Sequence record: PQ473534.1
Origin: Pseudomonas phage JB8
Strand: one strand, 5' to 3'
Length of the DNA: 47,273 nt
Shown here: positions 36,558 through 44,759 of the stretch, one piece after another
Layout of the letters: every line of letters begins with the position of its first letter
Numbering within the stretch: the stretch's first letter is position 1
Made by a program: the position numbers and the translations under genes
The notes under the pieces: model-generated
The model's database searches: none
Told to the model about the DNA's origin: nothing
What the model saw: only the letters and a program-made list of their open reading frames with translations

Positions 36558-38477
36558 TTATTGGGCGTAATAATATTTGACTGGTGACCCATCGATAGAG
36601 CTAGCCCACATGTTATCTCCTGTCATAGAGCGGGCTTCATCCAGTCGACTAGACAACACTGATCTATCTACCTGTGGATTCCCCCTATCCACTTCTCTGA
36701 AGAAAGAACCAATGCTTCTCATCTTTAGAGGTCGAGTTGGAGCAAACATCACTGGGTAATACATTTCTTTATTGTCGAAGAAACGAGAGAGTTCACAATA
36801 ATTTTTGAAGATGTGCATGTCTCCCCGGAATACATGGTTGGTTGGGTTAACCAGGGCCGCTCTGACAAGGATTATGGCATAACTTGTATGGCATGTTTGA
36901 GGAACAAACATGTTGAAACCATGCTCTTCAAGCCGTCTTTGCAACATCTCTCTGTTCTTAAGACGAACAGTAGACTGGGCTGCCCTCAACCACAACTGGG
37001 AGTTTACGATCGAATTGGAAGCGGAGTTGGAGACTCGGGTGTTAAAGATACAGGACACCAGGTTGTTTAAGCGCCTTTCTTTAGATTCGTCGTTTGCTCC
37101 AATAGGAATATAATTTTGCAACCACGCAAGCCTTGGAATTTTCGAATACTCCAAGTCGAACATAGCTTCTATAGCAGTTTGGACAACATCCAACCCATCT
37201 ATTGCTAATCTTGCAGATCCAGCGGCGATCTGAGCAATGGGGTTATATCGATGACCAATCTGGTGTTGTCCAGAGAGCCGGCCTATTTTCTGGAGGAAGT
37301 GTCCCAGGAATTTATCCGGAGCAGCGTGCCGATCCCTGACTTCTGTTAAACCATAGGCAATACCATCGCTGATAGACGTTAGCCTCCGGTCTCCATTGTT
37401 CATTCGACTCAGAGCCATCCTGAGATACTGTAGACCAGCGAACATCGGATCTTCGGAGGTTGGGATCAACGACGTACTTACGTCATGTGTTGAAGGCGCT
37501 TGGCGAGTTGATCCAGTAGCGGCTCTGCTGGCCTCTAATGCTGCTGATATTCGATCAAAAGTCATATTTCGTTCAACGATCTCTTCCCTTGGATCCCTTT
37601 GAGAAGAAGCCACACTCTGACCTTCCTGGTTGGATTTGAGCAGCAACCAGGCGTTTACCATAGCTCGCTCCAAGCGATCCACTTGGGCAGACAGCCCATC
37701 GGAGATACCGCCGGCGTATACCGAGGACTCCACACCAAGAGCGTTGATGTGGTTCAGCATGGCTTCTGCATCCCCTTCGAACTCCCGGACGAACTTCTTG
37801 ATCGCCAATAGCAGATTGGCCAACTTCAGGAATTCCTCCTTCGTGGTCAGTGCTCGGCTACCACGGAACTCGATGGTTCCCAACGCCCGGTTGTCATTTC
37901 GACCATCAGGAAACATGGGAAGGATGTTGAGAGCGGTATACTTGTTGCAATACCGATAGGTCTGACGCCAGGATTCGTAGGCTTGCTCCACGATCCGGGA
38001 GATCAGATTCTTGTGGAAAGGAACGCTCTCTGACACCGGAGTACAGAAGTTCGACGAGTACCGATAATCCCCACAGAAGGTGAACAGGATCGGCTCACAT
38101 GCAGTGTACGCCAGGATGAACTTCACCACCTGTGGGATGGTGAAATCACGCATGTTTACATGCATGTGGGTAGAACACCGAAAGGTGTCACTGAAGGGTA
38201 CTTCCTGCAAGAGGTTATGCATCCGAGTGAATGCATCCTCCAGTACTGCACCCCCGAGCCCACCATTGGTAATGAACTCGACCCCGCCATTGCGAAGGGA
38301 GCCATCCCTGGTAGTGGACCAGAGATTTCCCAACATGGACTCTGCCGTGCGAATGGAGGAACTGCCGAATCCCTCCAACTCCAGCTCTACTCCAACGGCG
38401 TCTGGAGCGACGAGGGAAGGGTGCGGATCGAATACGCCGAGCTGATCGAGTCCCAGTTGCTGGCCAACAGTTTGCAT
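36558..38477 (-). CDS. amidoligase (COOH-NH2 ligase, glutamine-synthetase fold, YbdK/GCS2-like) N-terminal domain fused to a ~330-aa uncharacterised C-terminal domain
   Basis: GVELELEG resembles YbdK GIELEMQ. TRDGSL and GVEFIT follow. CSTHMHVNM resembles YbdK QHVHVG. GGGAGA RBS. Confidence 0.6.
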   Translation of the reverse strand: MQTVGQQLGLDQLGVFDPHPSLVAPDAVGVELELEGFGSSSIRTAESMLGNLWSTTRDGSLRNGGVEFITNGGLGGAVLEDAFTRMHNLLQEVPFSDTFRCSTHMHVNMRDFTIPQVVKFILAYTACEPILFTFCGDYRYSSNFCTPVSESVPFHKNLISRIVEQAYESWRQTYRYCNKYTALNILPMFPDGRNDNRALGTIEFRGSRALTTKEEFLKLANLLLAIKKFVREFEGDAEAMLNHINALGVESSVYAGGISDGLSAQVDRLERAMVNAWLLLKSNQEGQSVASSQRDPREEIVERNMTFDRISAALEASRAATGSTRQAPSTHDVSTSLIPTSEDPMFAGLQYLRMALSRMNNGDRRLTSISDGIAYGLTEVRDRHAAPDKFLGHFLQKIGRLSGQHQIGHRYNPIAQIAAGSARLAIDGLDVVQTAIEAMFDLEYSKIPRLAWLQNYIPIGANDESKERRLNNLVSCIFNTRVSNSASNSIVNSQLWLRAAQSTVRLKNREMLQRRLEEHGFNMFVPQTCHTSYAIILVRAALVNPTNHVFRGDMHIFKNYCELSRFFDNKEMYYPVMFAPTRPLKMRSIGSFFREVDRGNPQVDRSVLSSRLDEARSMTGDNMWASSIDGSPVKYYYAQ

Positions 38478-39013
38478 ACGAATTCTCCCAGTTTCTCTTT
38501 TCCAGGAACGAGGATAAGGTTGCCTTCTGCATCTATGTTCGCAACCACATCTTGTTCGTAATAAATTTGGTTCTGATGGATGATCACATCAGGGTTAATT
38601 CGAGAGCTGTTCCCGTACCAGACCTGGCGAACAACTTCTCGATTGGTGACCTCTATGCCCCTGAAACTTTCAGGGGATGGGCTGTTCCAACGGACCAGCT
38701 CTTGGTTATATCCCTTACGCATTCGACGCTGTGGCGAACGCGAGAGGTAATACCAATGGCCGCCGGTACGAACCCACCCCAGCCGAGGTACTGTGACGTC
38801 GAGATCAGAGAAGTTGACATGGATGTCATCACTCCAATCACCGGACTCAGGCAAGGTGCGTATCCGAGCCATGGCGTGGTTACGCTGCTCCCCTTGGTAT
38901 ATCTCACAAACATACGCCGGCTTACCTTCGTAGGTAAGAACGCAGTTGTGATAATAGTTCCGAAGGTCGTTAACCAGGTCGAAGTTCTCGATTTGAACAT
39001 CTGCCCTTGGCAT
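38387..39013 (-). CDS. hypothetical protein (208 aa), overlaps the downstream amidoligase gene by ~90 nt
   Basis: ORF within the ligase island. No recognisable motif. Confidence 0.4.
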   Translation of the reverse strand: MPRADVQIENFDLVNDLRNYYHNCVLTYEGKPAYVCEIYQGEQRNHAMARIRTLPESGDWSDDIHVNFSDLDVTVPRLGWVRTGGHWYYLSRSPQRRMRKGYNQELVRWNSPSPESFRGIEVTNREVVRQVWYGNSSRINPDVIIHQNQIYYEQDVVANIDAEGNLILVPGKEKLGEFVCKLLASNWDSISSAYSIRTLPSSLQTPLE

Positions 39014-39014
39014 G

Positions 39015-39812
39015 TTACACCCCCAAATTAACCAGGAGTTTCAGCATTGCCTTGGCCTCGACACGGTTGTTCGTGTTGATGGCGTTCTGCACGTCTTCCA
39101 GGGGGATGATCGCCTTGAGTTCTTCCAGGCGCTCATGCTTACTGAAAGCGTTCTGGGCGCGCTTGTGGATCAGGCACACCAGCTCATCATCCCACACCCA
39201 ATAGTTGCTCAGGGTGCGGTACTCGATGCCATAGGGCTTGAACCGACCGGCGCCGGCACGACCATACAGTTCACGACGACGATCATCGGTGTCTTCCAGA
39301 AGAGACGGGAGACCGAGGACGTAATCACACATCTGGCCAACCCGAATCTGCACGTCACGGGTCACTTCAACCAGGTGGTCGAAACCGATGTGAACGTGAC
39401 CGCCCGCAGTGCGAAGGCACTCGTTGGTGGCCGACGGGCTGGGGTTCTCTTCGCCGGTCATGAAGTTGTAATCCGGGGTACAGCCGAACTCGAAAGCCTT
39501 AGGCGGGAACGTGGCCAGGACTTCCGGGTTGTAGATGTGGCTGCTTACGCCGGGAACCAGTCGCAAACCGTGTTGCAACAGGATATCTCGGCCCTGGGAA
39601 AGGACGGTGCGAAGCCGCTGGAGGAACACATCGGGGTCATCCGAGGGATCGACGTTGCACTCGAACAGAACGTTATCCTCCTGGATACCGCCGTCGAGGA
39701 CGAGGAGAGGGGCTTGCTTGCTGCCACCCAGCATGTCGATGCAGTGAACGATATTCGGGCCTTCGGCCACGAAAGCTTCCGGGTCGGTTCCGATCAATGC
39801 GCGTTGTACCAT
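39015..39812 (-). CDS. second, shorter amidoligase-like protein (YbdK/GCS2-like), tentative
   Basis: N-terminal IGTDPEAF (degenerate G.E.E) and TAGGHVHIGFDH, which resembles the YbdK GQHVHVG metal-site motif. Confidence 0.5.
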   Translation of the reverse strand: MVQRALIGTDPEAFVAEGPNIVHCIDMLGGSKQAPLLVLDGGIQEDNVLFECNVDPSDDPDVFLQRLRTVLSQGRDILLQHGLRLVPGVSSHIYNPEVLATFPPKAFEFGCTPDYNFMTGEENPSPSATNECLRTAGGHVHIGFDHLVEVTRDVQIRVGQMCDYVLGLPSLLEDTDDRRRELYGRAGAGRFKPYGIEYRTLSNYWVWDDELVCLIHKRAQNAFSKHERLEELKAIIPLEDVQNAINTNNRVEAKAMLKLLVNLGV

Positions 39813-39825
39813 TTTATTTCACCTC

Positions 39826-41100
39826 TTAGTGAATGACACTTTCGGACCAAGCCATGTAACCTTGAGAAGCTTGGGCCACGTTGTTGTTTCTCTGCGGATC
39901 CACAGGCTCACGAAGGTCTTTGAAGCCACCTTCAGATACCGGGTCTCTGATGACAGATTGCAGAACAGGAAGGATGCGTACGACTTTCAGAAGATACAGA
40001 TCTTCCAGCTTATTACGGTTTTGTGTAAACCACTGATTGGCATCCGAGTATTGAACCATCCGGTTGGCAGACAGTACCTGTTCAGCGGAATGGAAAATCG
40101 AATGGGCTCGGTGGAGAAGAGCCATCGTATCCCTTACTTGCTGAGTAACTGTCTGATTACGTTGCGCCGCCGCCGTCGCGACATTGCTTGCCAGGGTATG
40201 AGACTGTCCACCCTTGAGATATCTCCCCTCAACCAACATGGATTCAGTCCTCCGGAAGAATGGCTCCAAAGAGAACATCCCGTAACGGATACCCTGCAAT
40301 GCAACCATGTGGTTGGAGTACGACAGAATGTCGCTATCATCCCCATGGTTGAACATCCCGGAAAGATAGACTCCAGGATATCCGACCTTCATTGCCCCCT
40401 CGTAATCACAGAGAAGCTCCTGGAGGAAGTTCTCTGCCGGGGAGGAGTTATACGGACTGCGGGTGGGACAGGCGATTACCTGAGACACGTTTCGGAAAAC
40501 TTGCAGGTAAGAAACTGCCATCCCGGAACTTCGCTCCGAACCCACGAAATCCAACAAAGTGTGGTTGTAGCAGTGGTTCATAACCAAAGCTCTTAGGACC
40601 ACACTTGAATTCCGGGTGTTCCAACTGTTTGTAATTGAAAACACCTTCATGAGGTTTTTAATCTCCAGCTCGTTCGGAGTAAGAGCCCTTTTGGTTCTGA
40701 CGATATTACCAGTCCAGGGGCTTACCGTATCCGAAATGGCCTCCCTGCAAAGAAGACTTGCAATAACCCTGTTGGTGTGTAATGTCCGTGCGCCGGCGTT
40801 GGGATTGTTGAAGCCTTCCCAAGTCGGCACGTATGGACTGATCCATCCGATCCCTAGGCAGGACCAACCCGTCAGGGTTTGAGAATCCTGGGTTACGGTC
40901 ACTTGCGATGGGACAGGAAGATAGCCCCTGGCTGTAGAGTTGGGAACAGTAACCATAATGCTGCCACCTGCCCCAACAGGAGCAGAGAAAGCATTGGCCG
41001 TGTTGAACCCGTTGAAACAGATGAACTCACGGAGATCGAAGTAGTAATCCGTGAATGCCCCTTGGCTTGACGGGCGCTTGAACAGGACTGTCACATACAT
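39826..41100 (-). CDS. hypothetical protein (424 aa), first gene of the ligase island
   Basis: Large ORF preceded by a 216-nt intergenic region. Confidence 0.5.
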   Translation of the reverse strand: MYVTVLFKRPSSQGAFTDYYFDLREFICFNGFNTANAFSAPVGAGGSIMVTVPNSTARGYLPVPSQVTVTQDSQTLTGWSCLGIGWISPYVPTWEGFNNPNAGARTLHTNRVIASLLCREAISDTVSPWTGNIVRTKRALTPNELEIKNLMKVFSITNSWNTRNSSVVLRALVMNHCYNHTLLDFVGSERSSGMAVSYLQVFRNVSQVIACPTRSPYNSSPAENFLQELLCDYEGAMKVGYPGVYLSGMFNHGDDSDILSYSNHMVALQGIRYGMFSLEPFFRRTESMLVEGRYLKGGQSHTLASNVATAAAQRNQTVTQQVRDTMALLHRAHSIFHSAEQVLSANRMVQYSDANQWFTQNRNKLEDLYLLKVVRILPVLQSVIRDPVSEGGFKDLREPVDPQRNNNVAQASQGYMAWSESVIH

Positions 41101-41211
41101 TTTGTCATGCCTCTTGACACGTTGATGGTTGGCGTGCTACCCTAACCCTATAGGTGCCGCCGATAGGTTATACTCTTAGTGTTTACTCTATGTGTCCTAA
41201 CTATAAGAACA

Positions 41212-41319
41212 CTAAATAAACCTATAGAGCTGCTGGGACAGCAGATCGAAGACGTAAACCACGGCAGCAATACCTATGGCGAACGCCAACGTGAGCAGAA
41301 TCTCTTCGAGCTTACTCAT
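41212..41319 (-). CDS. hydrophobic micro-ORF (35 aa) MSKLEEILLTLAFAIGIAAVVYVFDLLSQQLYRFI; not in the ORF track
   Basis: GGGGTGG RBS 5 nt upstream. ATG overlaps the end of the secreted-protein gene. Single predicted TM helix. Confidence 0.2.
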   Translation of the reverse strand: MSKLEEILLTLAFAIGIAAVVYVFDLLSQQLYRFI

Positions 41320-41576
41320 ATTGCCACCCCGTGCTGCGTCAGACAGCGAAAATACCAACGCCGTACTATGACGGTTGCTTCTTGGTCCGTCTTCCCGTGG
41401 TATCGCAGAAAGGCGTACTCATTGGATGCAGCCTTGAGACAAGCCACCCGCTTGTAGTTAGCAGACGACTGCCAGTCAGGCTTAGCCGCATGGATGAAAG
41501 GTGTGGGTTCTACCCCGGCGGCGCACGCCAAGGAAGAAAACACCATGAGGACGCAAGACACGAGGATGTTTTTCAT
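41316..41576 (-). CDS. secreted/periplasmic small protein (86 aa) with a cleavable signal peptide
   Basis: MKNILVSCVLMVFSSLACAAGVEP has the n-h-c structure with AXA-like cleavage site ACA-AG. Contains two more Cys. Confidence 0.5.
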   Translation of the reverse strand: MKNILVSCVLMVFSSLACAAGVEPTPFIHAAKPDWQSSANYKRVACLKAASNEYAFLRYHGKTDQEATVIVRRWYFRCLTQHGVAI

Positions 41577-41585
41577 TTTACACCT

Positions 41586-41783
41586 CTAGCAACTGCCGTC
41601 GCAGGGGCGCCAGCCGCAGGTTGAACACGCAATCGGGCTCCAGTTACAACCACGGGCTGACTGATAGGAATGGCTCCCGTCTGCTTCTGTGGTTACAACG
41701 GCTTTCTCCCCGCAATCGGGGCATTCGCCGAAGGATTCACCATACTCTTCGCAGGCGGGTATTTCATATCCATCGCAACACAT
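41586..41783 (-). CDS. Cys-rich small protein (65 aa, 12 Cys), probable metal-binding
   Basis: Start at the ATG at 41783 (GGAGGTG RBS). MCCDGYEIPACEEYGESFGECPDCGEK...CSTCGWRPCDGSC. Confidence 0.45.
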   Translation of the reverse strand: MCCDGYEIPACEEYGESFGECPDCGEKAVVTTEADGSHSYQSARGCNWSPIACSTCGWRPCDGSC

Positions 41784-41784
41784 G

Positions 41785-42000
41785 TTACACCTCCACGCTG
41801 AAAGTGGTGAACCTCGGAACGGGGCGGTAGAATTCACTGAGGTCTTTCAGACTAACATTGATCGTGGCCCCATCCTTCAGGTCAACCAGGCGTGCATATG
41901 CTTCAGGTTTGTCCTCCCTGATGTAGATATGTAAAGACTTCTTGTGTTCATAGAAGAGGTGCTTCCCTTCTTCTTCTTTGTAATCGAAGATTCTGGCCAT
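41785..42000 (-). CDS. hypothetical protein (71 aa)
   Basis: ORF. Confidence 0.45.
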   Translation of the reverse strand: MARIFDYKEEEGKHLFYEHKKSLHIYIREDKPEAYARLVDLKDGATINVSLKDLSEFYRPVPRFTTFSVEV

Positions 42001-42031
42001 TTTGATCTACTCCTGGGTAACACCCCAGCCG

Positions 42032-42310
42032 TTAGGCCAGGGTGTGGGAGACGCAGGCTCCGTCGCGGCGACGATACCAGATACCGTTACCCTTACGGGA
42101 GGTAGTGCCGCAGGTTTCGGTGCCACCGGCAGCCATCTTGATCTGGACCAGGCCGGTGCCCTGCTGGCGAACGTTCGGGCCACGGGACGGGGCACCATAG
42201 GCTTTCTTCGGACGGCTGCGACGCGAGGCACCGTACTTGACGAGGAATTGGTCCTGGGTGAGCTGACGGAAGGGCTTGAACTCGTTGCGGGCGTCGTAAA
42301 TCTTAGTCAT
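42032..42310 (-). CDS. basic Gly/Arg-rich protein (92 aa) in a GC-rich islet
   Basis: Start at the ATG at 42310, overlapping the upstream ORF's stop. MTKIYDARNEFKPFRQLTQDQFLVKYGASRRSRPKKAYGAPSRGPNVRQQGTGL... Local GC ~60%. Confidence 0.45.
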   Translation of the reverse strand: MTKIYDARNEFKPFRQLTQDQFLVKYGASRRSRPKKAYGAPSRGPNVRQQGTGLVQIKMAAGGTETCGTTSRKGNGIWYRRRDGACVSHTLA

Positions 42311-42446
42311 TTTGAGTATCCTCTTGTTTGTTGATGCGCTCATTAATTTTGTCGATCCGGGTGCGGAGATCGTGGCGGCGTTTGGCCTCACGACGAGTGC
42401 GAGCGCGTTGTTCCTTACCCGGACGGGTCTTACTGGTTTTGAACAT
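42303..42446 (-). CDS. small basic helical ORF (47 aa) MFKTSKTRPGKEQRARTRREAKRRHDLRTRIDKINERINKQEDTQND; not in the ORF track, coordinates +/-1
   Basis: Hand-translated. Overlaps the start of the 92-aa gene (ATGAcTAA). Confidence 0.25.
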   Translation of the reverse strand: MFKTSKTRPGKEQRARTRREAKRRHDLRTRIDKINERINKQEDTQND

Positions 42447-42455
42447 TGCTTGTCC

Positions 42456-42656
42456 TTACAGACGGAACAGGAACATCAGGGGTTCGACCGATGCGAAGAA
42501 CATCATCAGGCTGAACAGCAGGTAGAGGACGACGAATGCGAGGTCATCTACCCAGGAGTGGTCCGTGTGGTTGCAGAACCACACGATGGCCACGTATTGC
42601 AGGGAAATGAAAGCCGCCAACACGGTCAGCAGCCAGGCGATAACAATAGGAAGCAT
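42456..42656 (-). CDS. small membrane protein (66 aa, two hydrophobic helices)
   Basis: MLPIVIAWLLTVLAAFISLQYVAIVWF...LAFVVLYLLFSLMMFFA. TAATG overlap with the upstream gene. Confidence 0.4.
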   Translation of the reverse strand: MLPIVIAWLLTVLAAFISLQYVAIVWFCNHTDHSWVDDLAFVVLYLLFSLMMFFASVEPLMFLFRL

Positions 42657-42835
42657 TACGCACCAGCCTTGCAGGCGGGGCAGCCGGCGTGAAGACCACA
42701 CTTGCGGGACTCGGGGCGGTTAACCACCAATTCCTTGTGGTTGCCGGTGTTCTTCGGGGTCTTGTTGCCATGGATCGGGCAGGCTACTGCGTAGAAGACC
42801 CGCGCCTTGCTTTTCTTTTTGGTTGCAACGGCCAT
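42656..42835 (-). CDS. zinc-ribbon-like small protein (59 aa)
   Basis: AGAGG RBS before the ATG at 42835. ...YAVACPIHGNK...CGLHAGCPACKAGA. Confidence 0.45.
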   Translation of the reverse strand: MAVATKKKSKARVFYAVACPIHGNKTPKNTGNHKELVVNRPESRKCGLHAGCPACKAGA

Positions 42836-42948
42836 TTGATTTACCTCTATGATTTGTACTATGACGTGGAAGGGATTGGCTACCCGGACGCCGTGCCTCC
42901 CGAAGGGCACGGGTTTCGGCCTAAGCCACTAGGCCATCATCAGCGGGC

Positions 42949-43275
42949 TTACTGATCTTCACCAACGAATTTGTAATATCTCACCCTGGCTTCTTCCAAC
43001 TCTTGATCGTATAACCCCTTAGCGAGTTCGCCAAAGTACCCACTCTCATCAATAGAGTAGACAACACCTTGCTTCTCATGTATCCGATCTTTAATCGTCT
43101 TTCCTAGCCACTGATAGGCGTGGTACTTAGCTGCATCCTTACTCTCGAACATAGCAGCGTAGGGCTTATACCAGAATTTTCCACCATCGTCGGAAGCTTC
43201 GATGATGTAAGTGCTCATGTAGTATGCCCGCACTCGAACACAAACGAGCTCCTTGCTCTTCTTAAAACCAAACAT
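42949..43275 (-). CDS. hypothetical protein (108 aa)
   Basis: GGAGGTG RBS before the ATG at 43275. Confidence 0.5.
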   Translation of the reverse strand: MFGFKKSKELVCVRVRAYYMSTYIIEASDDGGKFWYKPYAAMFESKDAAKYHAYQWLGKTIKDRIHEKQGVVYSIDESGYFGELAKGLYDQELEEARVRYYKFVGEDQ

Positions 43276-43289
43276 GATGCACCTCCGGG

Positions 43290-43418
43290 CTAACCGAGGA
43301 TAAGGTTGACAATTGCTACTTCCACCACAAGCTCGAAGAAACCGAACCAGGCAATCAAGAGAATCTCTTGTCTGTCCATCTTCCAACCATGGCGGATAAG
43401 ACCAGTGAGGATGAGCAT
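43290..43418 (-). CDS. small hydrophobic ORF (42 aa)
   Basis: MLILTGLIRHGWKMDRQEILLIAWFGFFELVVEVAIVNLILG. Confidence 0.25.
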   Translation of the reverse strand: MLILTGLIRHGWKMDRQEILLIAWFGFFELVVEVAIVNLILG

Positions 43419-43419
43419 G

Positions 43420-43665
43420 CTACACCCCCTTGAGGACGTAGGCATCAAAGGAATCCTCCTTATCCTCGGGGATTCCTTCAAGTTCGATATTCACATAGCG
43501 ACCATACTCCGCCCGAAGGTAATCAAGGAACTCACCCTTGACAGCCTCGGGATCGATAGCTCCACCAGCGCCAGCCATGTTGTAAAGAGACGACAAGTGG
43601 TATCGCCAAGGAACGTAGATGGTACCGTCCTCAAGGACGGAGATTTCAGTTTTTGATAGTCCCAT
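43420..43665 (-). CDS. hypothetical acidic protein (81 aa)
   Basis: ORF. Confidence 0.5.
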   Translation of the reverse strand: MGLSKTEISVLEDGTIYVPWRYHLSSLYNMAGAGGAIDPEAVKGEFLDYLRAEYGRYVNIELEGIPEDKEDSFDAYVLKGV

Positions 43666-43666
43666 G

Positions 43667-43921
43667 TTACACCTCCTCGATTGGGATGACCATGAGGTCG
43701 CCGAACATATCCTTGATCCTATTGGACGAGTCCTTCACGGCCACCTCGTAATTATTAATCATGGCCTTCGCCGAAGATAGGGTAGGGGTTTTGCACCAAG
43801 GGATACCCCCTTGATAGATGTAGCAAACATTCTGGTAAATGAATATCATATGCCTGCCAATCACTACTTTCTTTTTAAAGACCCCCACTGGCCCGTTGTT
43901 GCAACCTTTAGTCACGATCAT
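43667..43921 (-). CDS. hypothetical protein (84 aa)
   Basis: ORF. Confidence 0.5.
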   Translation of the reverse strand: MIVTKGCNNGPVGVFKKKVVIGRHMIFIYQNVCYIYQGGIPWCKTPTLSSAKAMINNYEVAVKDSSNRIKDMFGDLMVIPIEEV

Positions 43922-43922
43922 G

Positions 43923-44162
43923 TTACACCTCGTGACAAGTCAGCTCGGCAGTGACGGGGATTACCAATTGGCTGGCCGGCAGGACGATGATGTTACCAGA
44001 CCTGAGGTTGACCACGATAATGCCACTAGCATGGCCTTTGTACTCCAGGGTTATGCTCCCAAGTTCGCAGATCATGTAAACGTTGTTATCCAGATAGAAC
44101 GTGTCGGTCTGGTTGAGGGAGTCCAGTCGTTCCCTATTCCGAGGCAGGATCTCGATTTTCAT
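43923..44162 (-). CDS. hypothetical protein (79 aa; start at MKIEIL)
   Basis: ORF. Confidence 0.45.
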   Translation of the reverse strand: MKIEILPRNRERLDSLNQTDTFYLDNNVYMICELGSITLEYKGHASGIIVVNLRSGNIIVLPASQLVIPVTAELTCHEV

Positions 44163-44226
44163 ACCTTCCAATCCTTGCGTTTCTGCGCAATGTAGGGGCC
44201 AATGACGAAGACACATATGAGGGCGA

Positions 44227-44490
44227 TCATGAGTTGGCCTCCAGCTCAGATATCCTGACCAATAATTCCTCTACATCTTCCCAGGTAAGATACCCCAACA
44301 CGTCGTCTGTGATTGGGGTGTCGTAGTCGAGGTGCCAGTCATCACCGCTGAACCTGATAACCCCAAGTTCCCACAAACCTTGCGAGGAACCATAGGAATT
44401 ATTGTGTCTGATAACACTGGCCCCGAGGTTGTTGTCGAAACGATAGATTTTCTGGGTCCCACCTTGTATGCGGCGTTCTTCGATAAGCAT
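44227..44490 (-). CDS. hypothetical protein (87 aa)
   Basis: ORF. Confidence 0.5.
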   Translation of the reverse strand: MLIEERRIQGGTQKIYRFDNNLGASVIRHNNSYGSSQGLWELGVIRFSGDDWHLDYDTPITDDVLGYLTWEDVEELLVRISELEANS

Positions 44491-44498
44491 GGTTCACC

Positions 44499-44759
44499 TC
44501 AAACTTTCATCATGGCGTCAATGATTGCGTCAGTCTCTTCGACAACGCACCTGAATACGGCCTTTTCCGCATCGGGAAACCCACCTTCGTCAAACCACGA
44601 CAGCGGCCTTGCAATGACGAAGAATCGGGATACGTGTTTTCCGTCTTCTTGTTCAACGGAAAACTTGTAACTCGGCGTGGGATCAACGAGCGACCCCCTT
44701 TGCCAAGGGCCATCGACTGGCATATAGCCGGCCTTAATTATCGTCACGAACTTGGCCAT
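44499..44759 (-). CDS. hypothetical protein (86 aa)
   Basis: Start trimmed to the ATG at 44759 (GAGGGA RBS). Confidence 0.45.
   Translation of the reverse strand: MAKFVTIIKAGYMPVDGPWQRGSLVDPTPSYKFSVEQEDGKHVSRFFVIARPLSWFDEGGFPDAEKAVFRCVVEETDAIIDAMMKV

Noticed and set aside
39826-41100. Z-genome (2-aminoadenine) pathway: PurZ plus MazZ/DatZ, suggested by the MazG-like and PPHyd-like genes
   Set aside because: No adenylosuccinate-synthetase-like protein (GDEGKGK P-loop) exists in the window. The 424-aa and 639-aa proteins lack it, and no HD-domain dATPase is present.
42007-42231. 74-aa minus ORF (Pro/Arg/Ala-rich)
   Set aside because: Alternative frame of the GC-rich 92-aa gene; a composition artefact.
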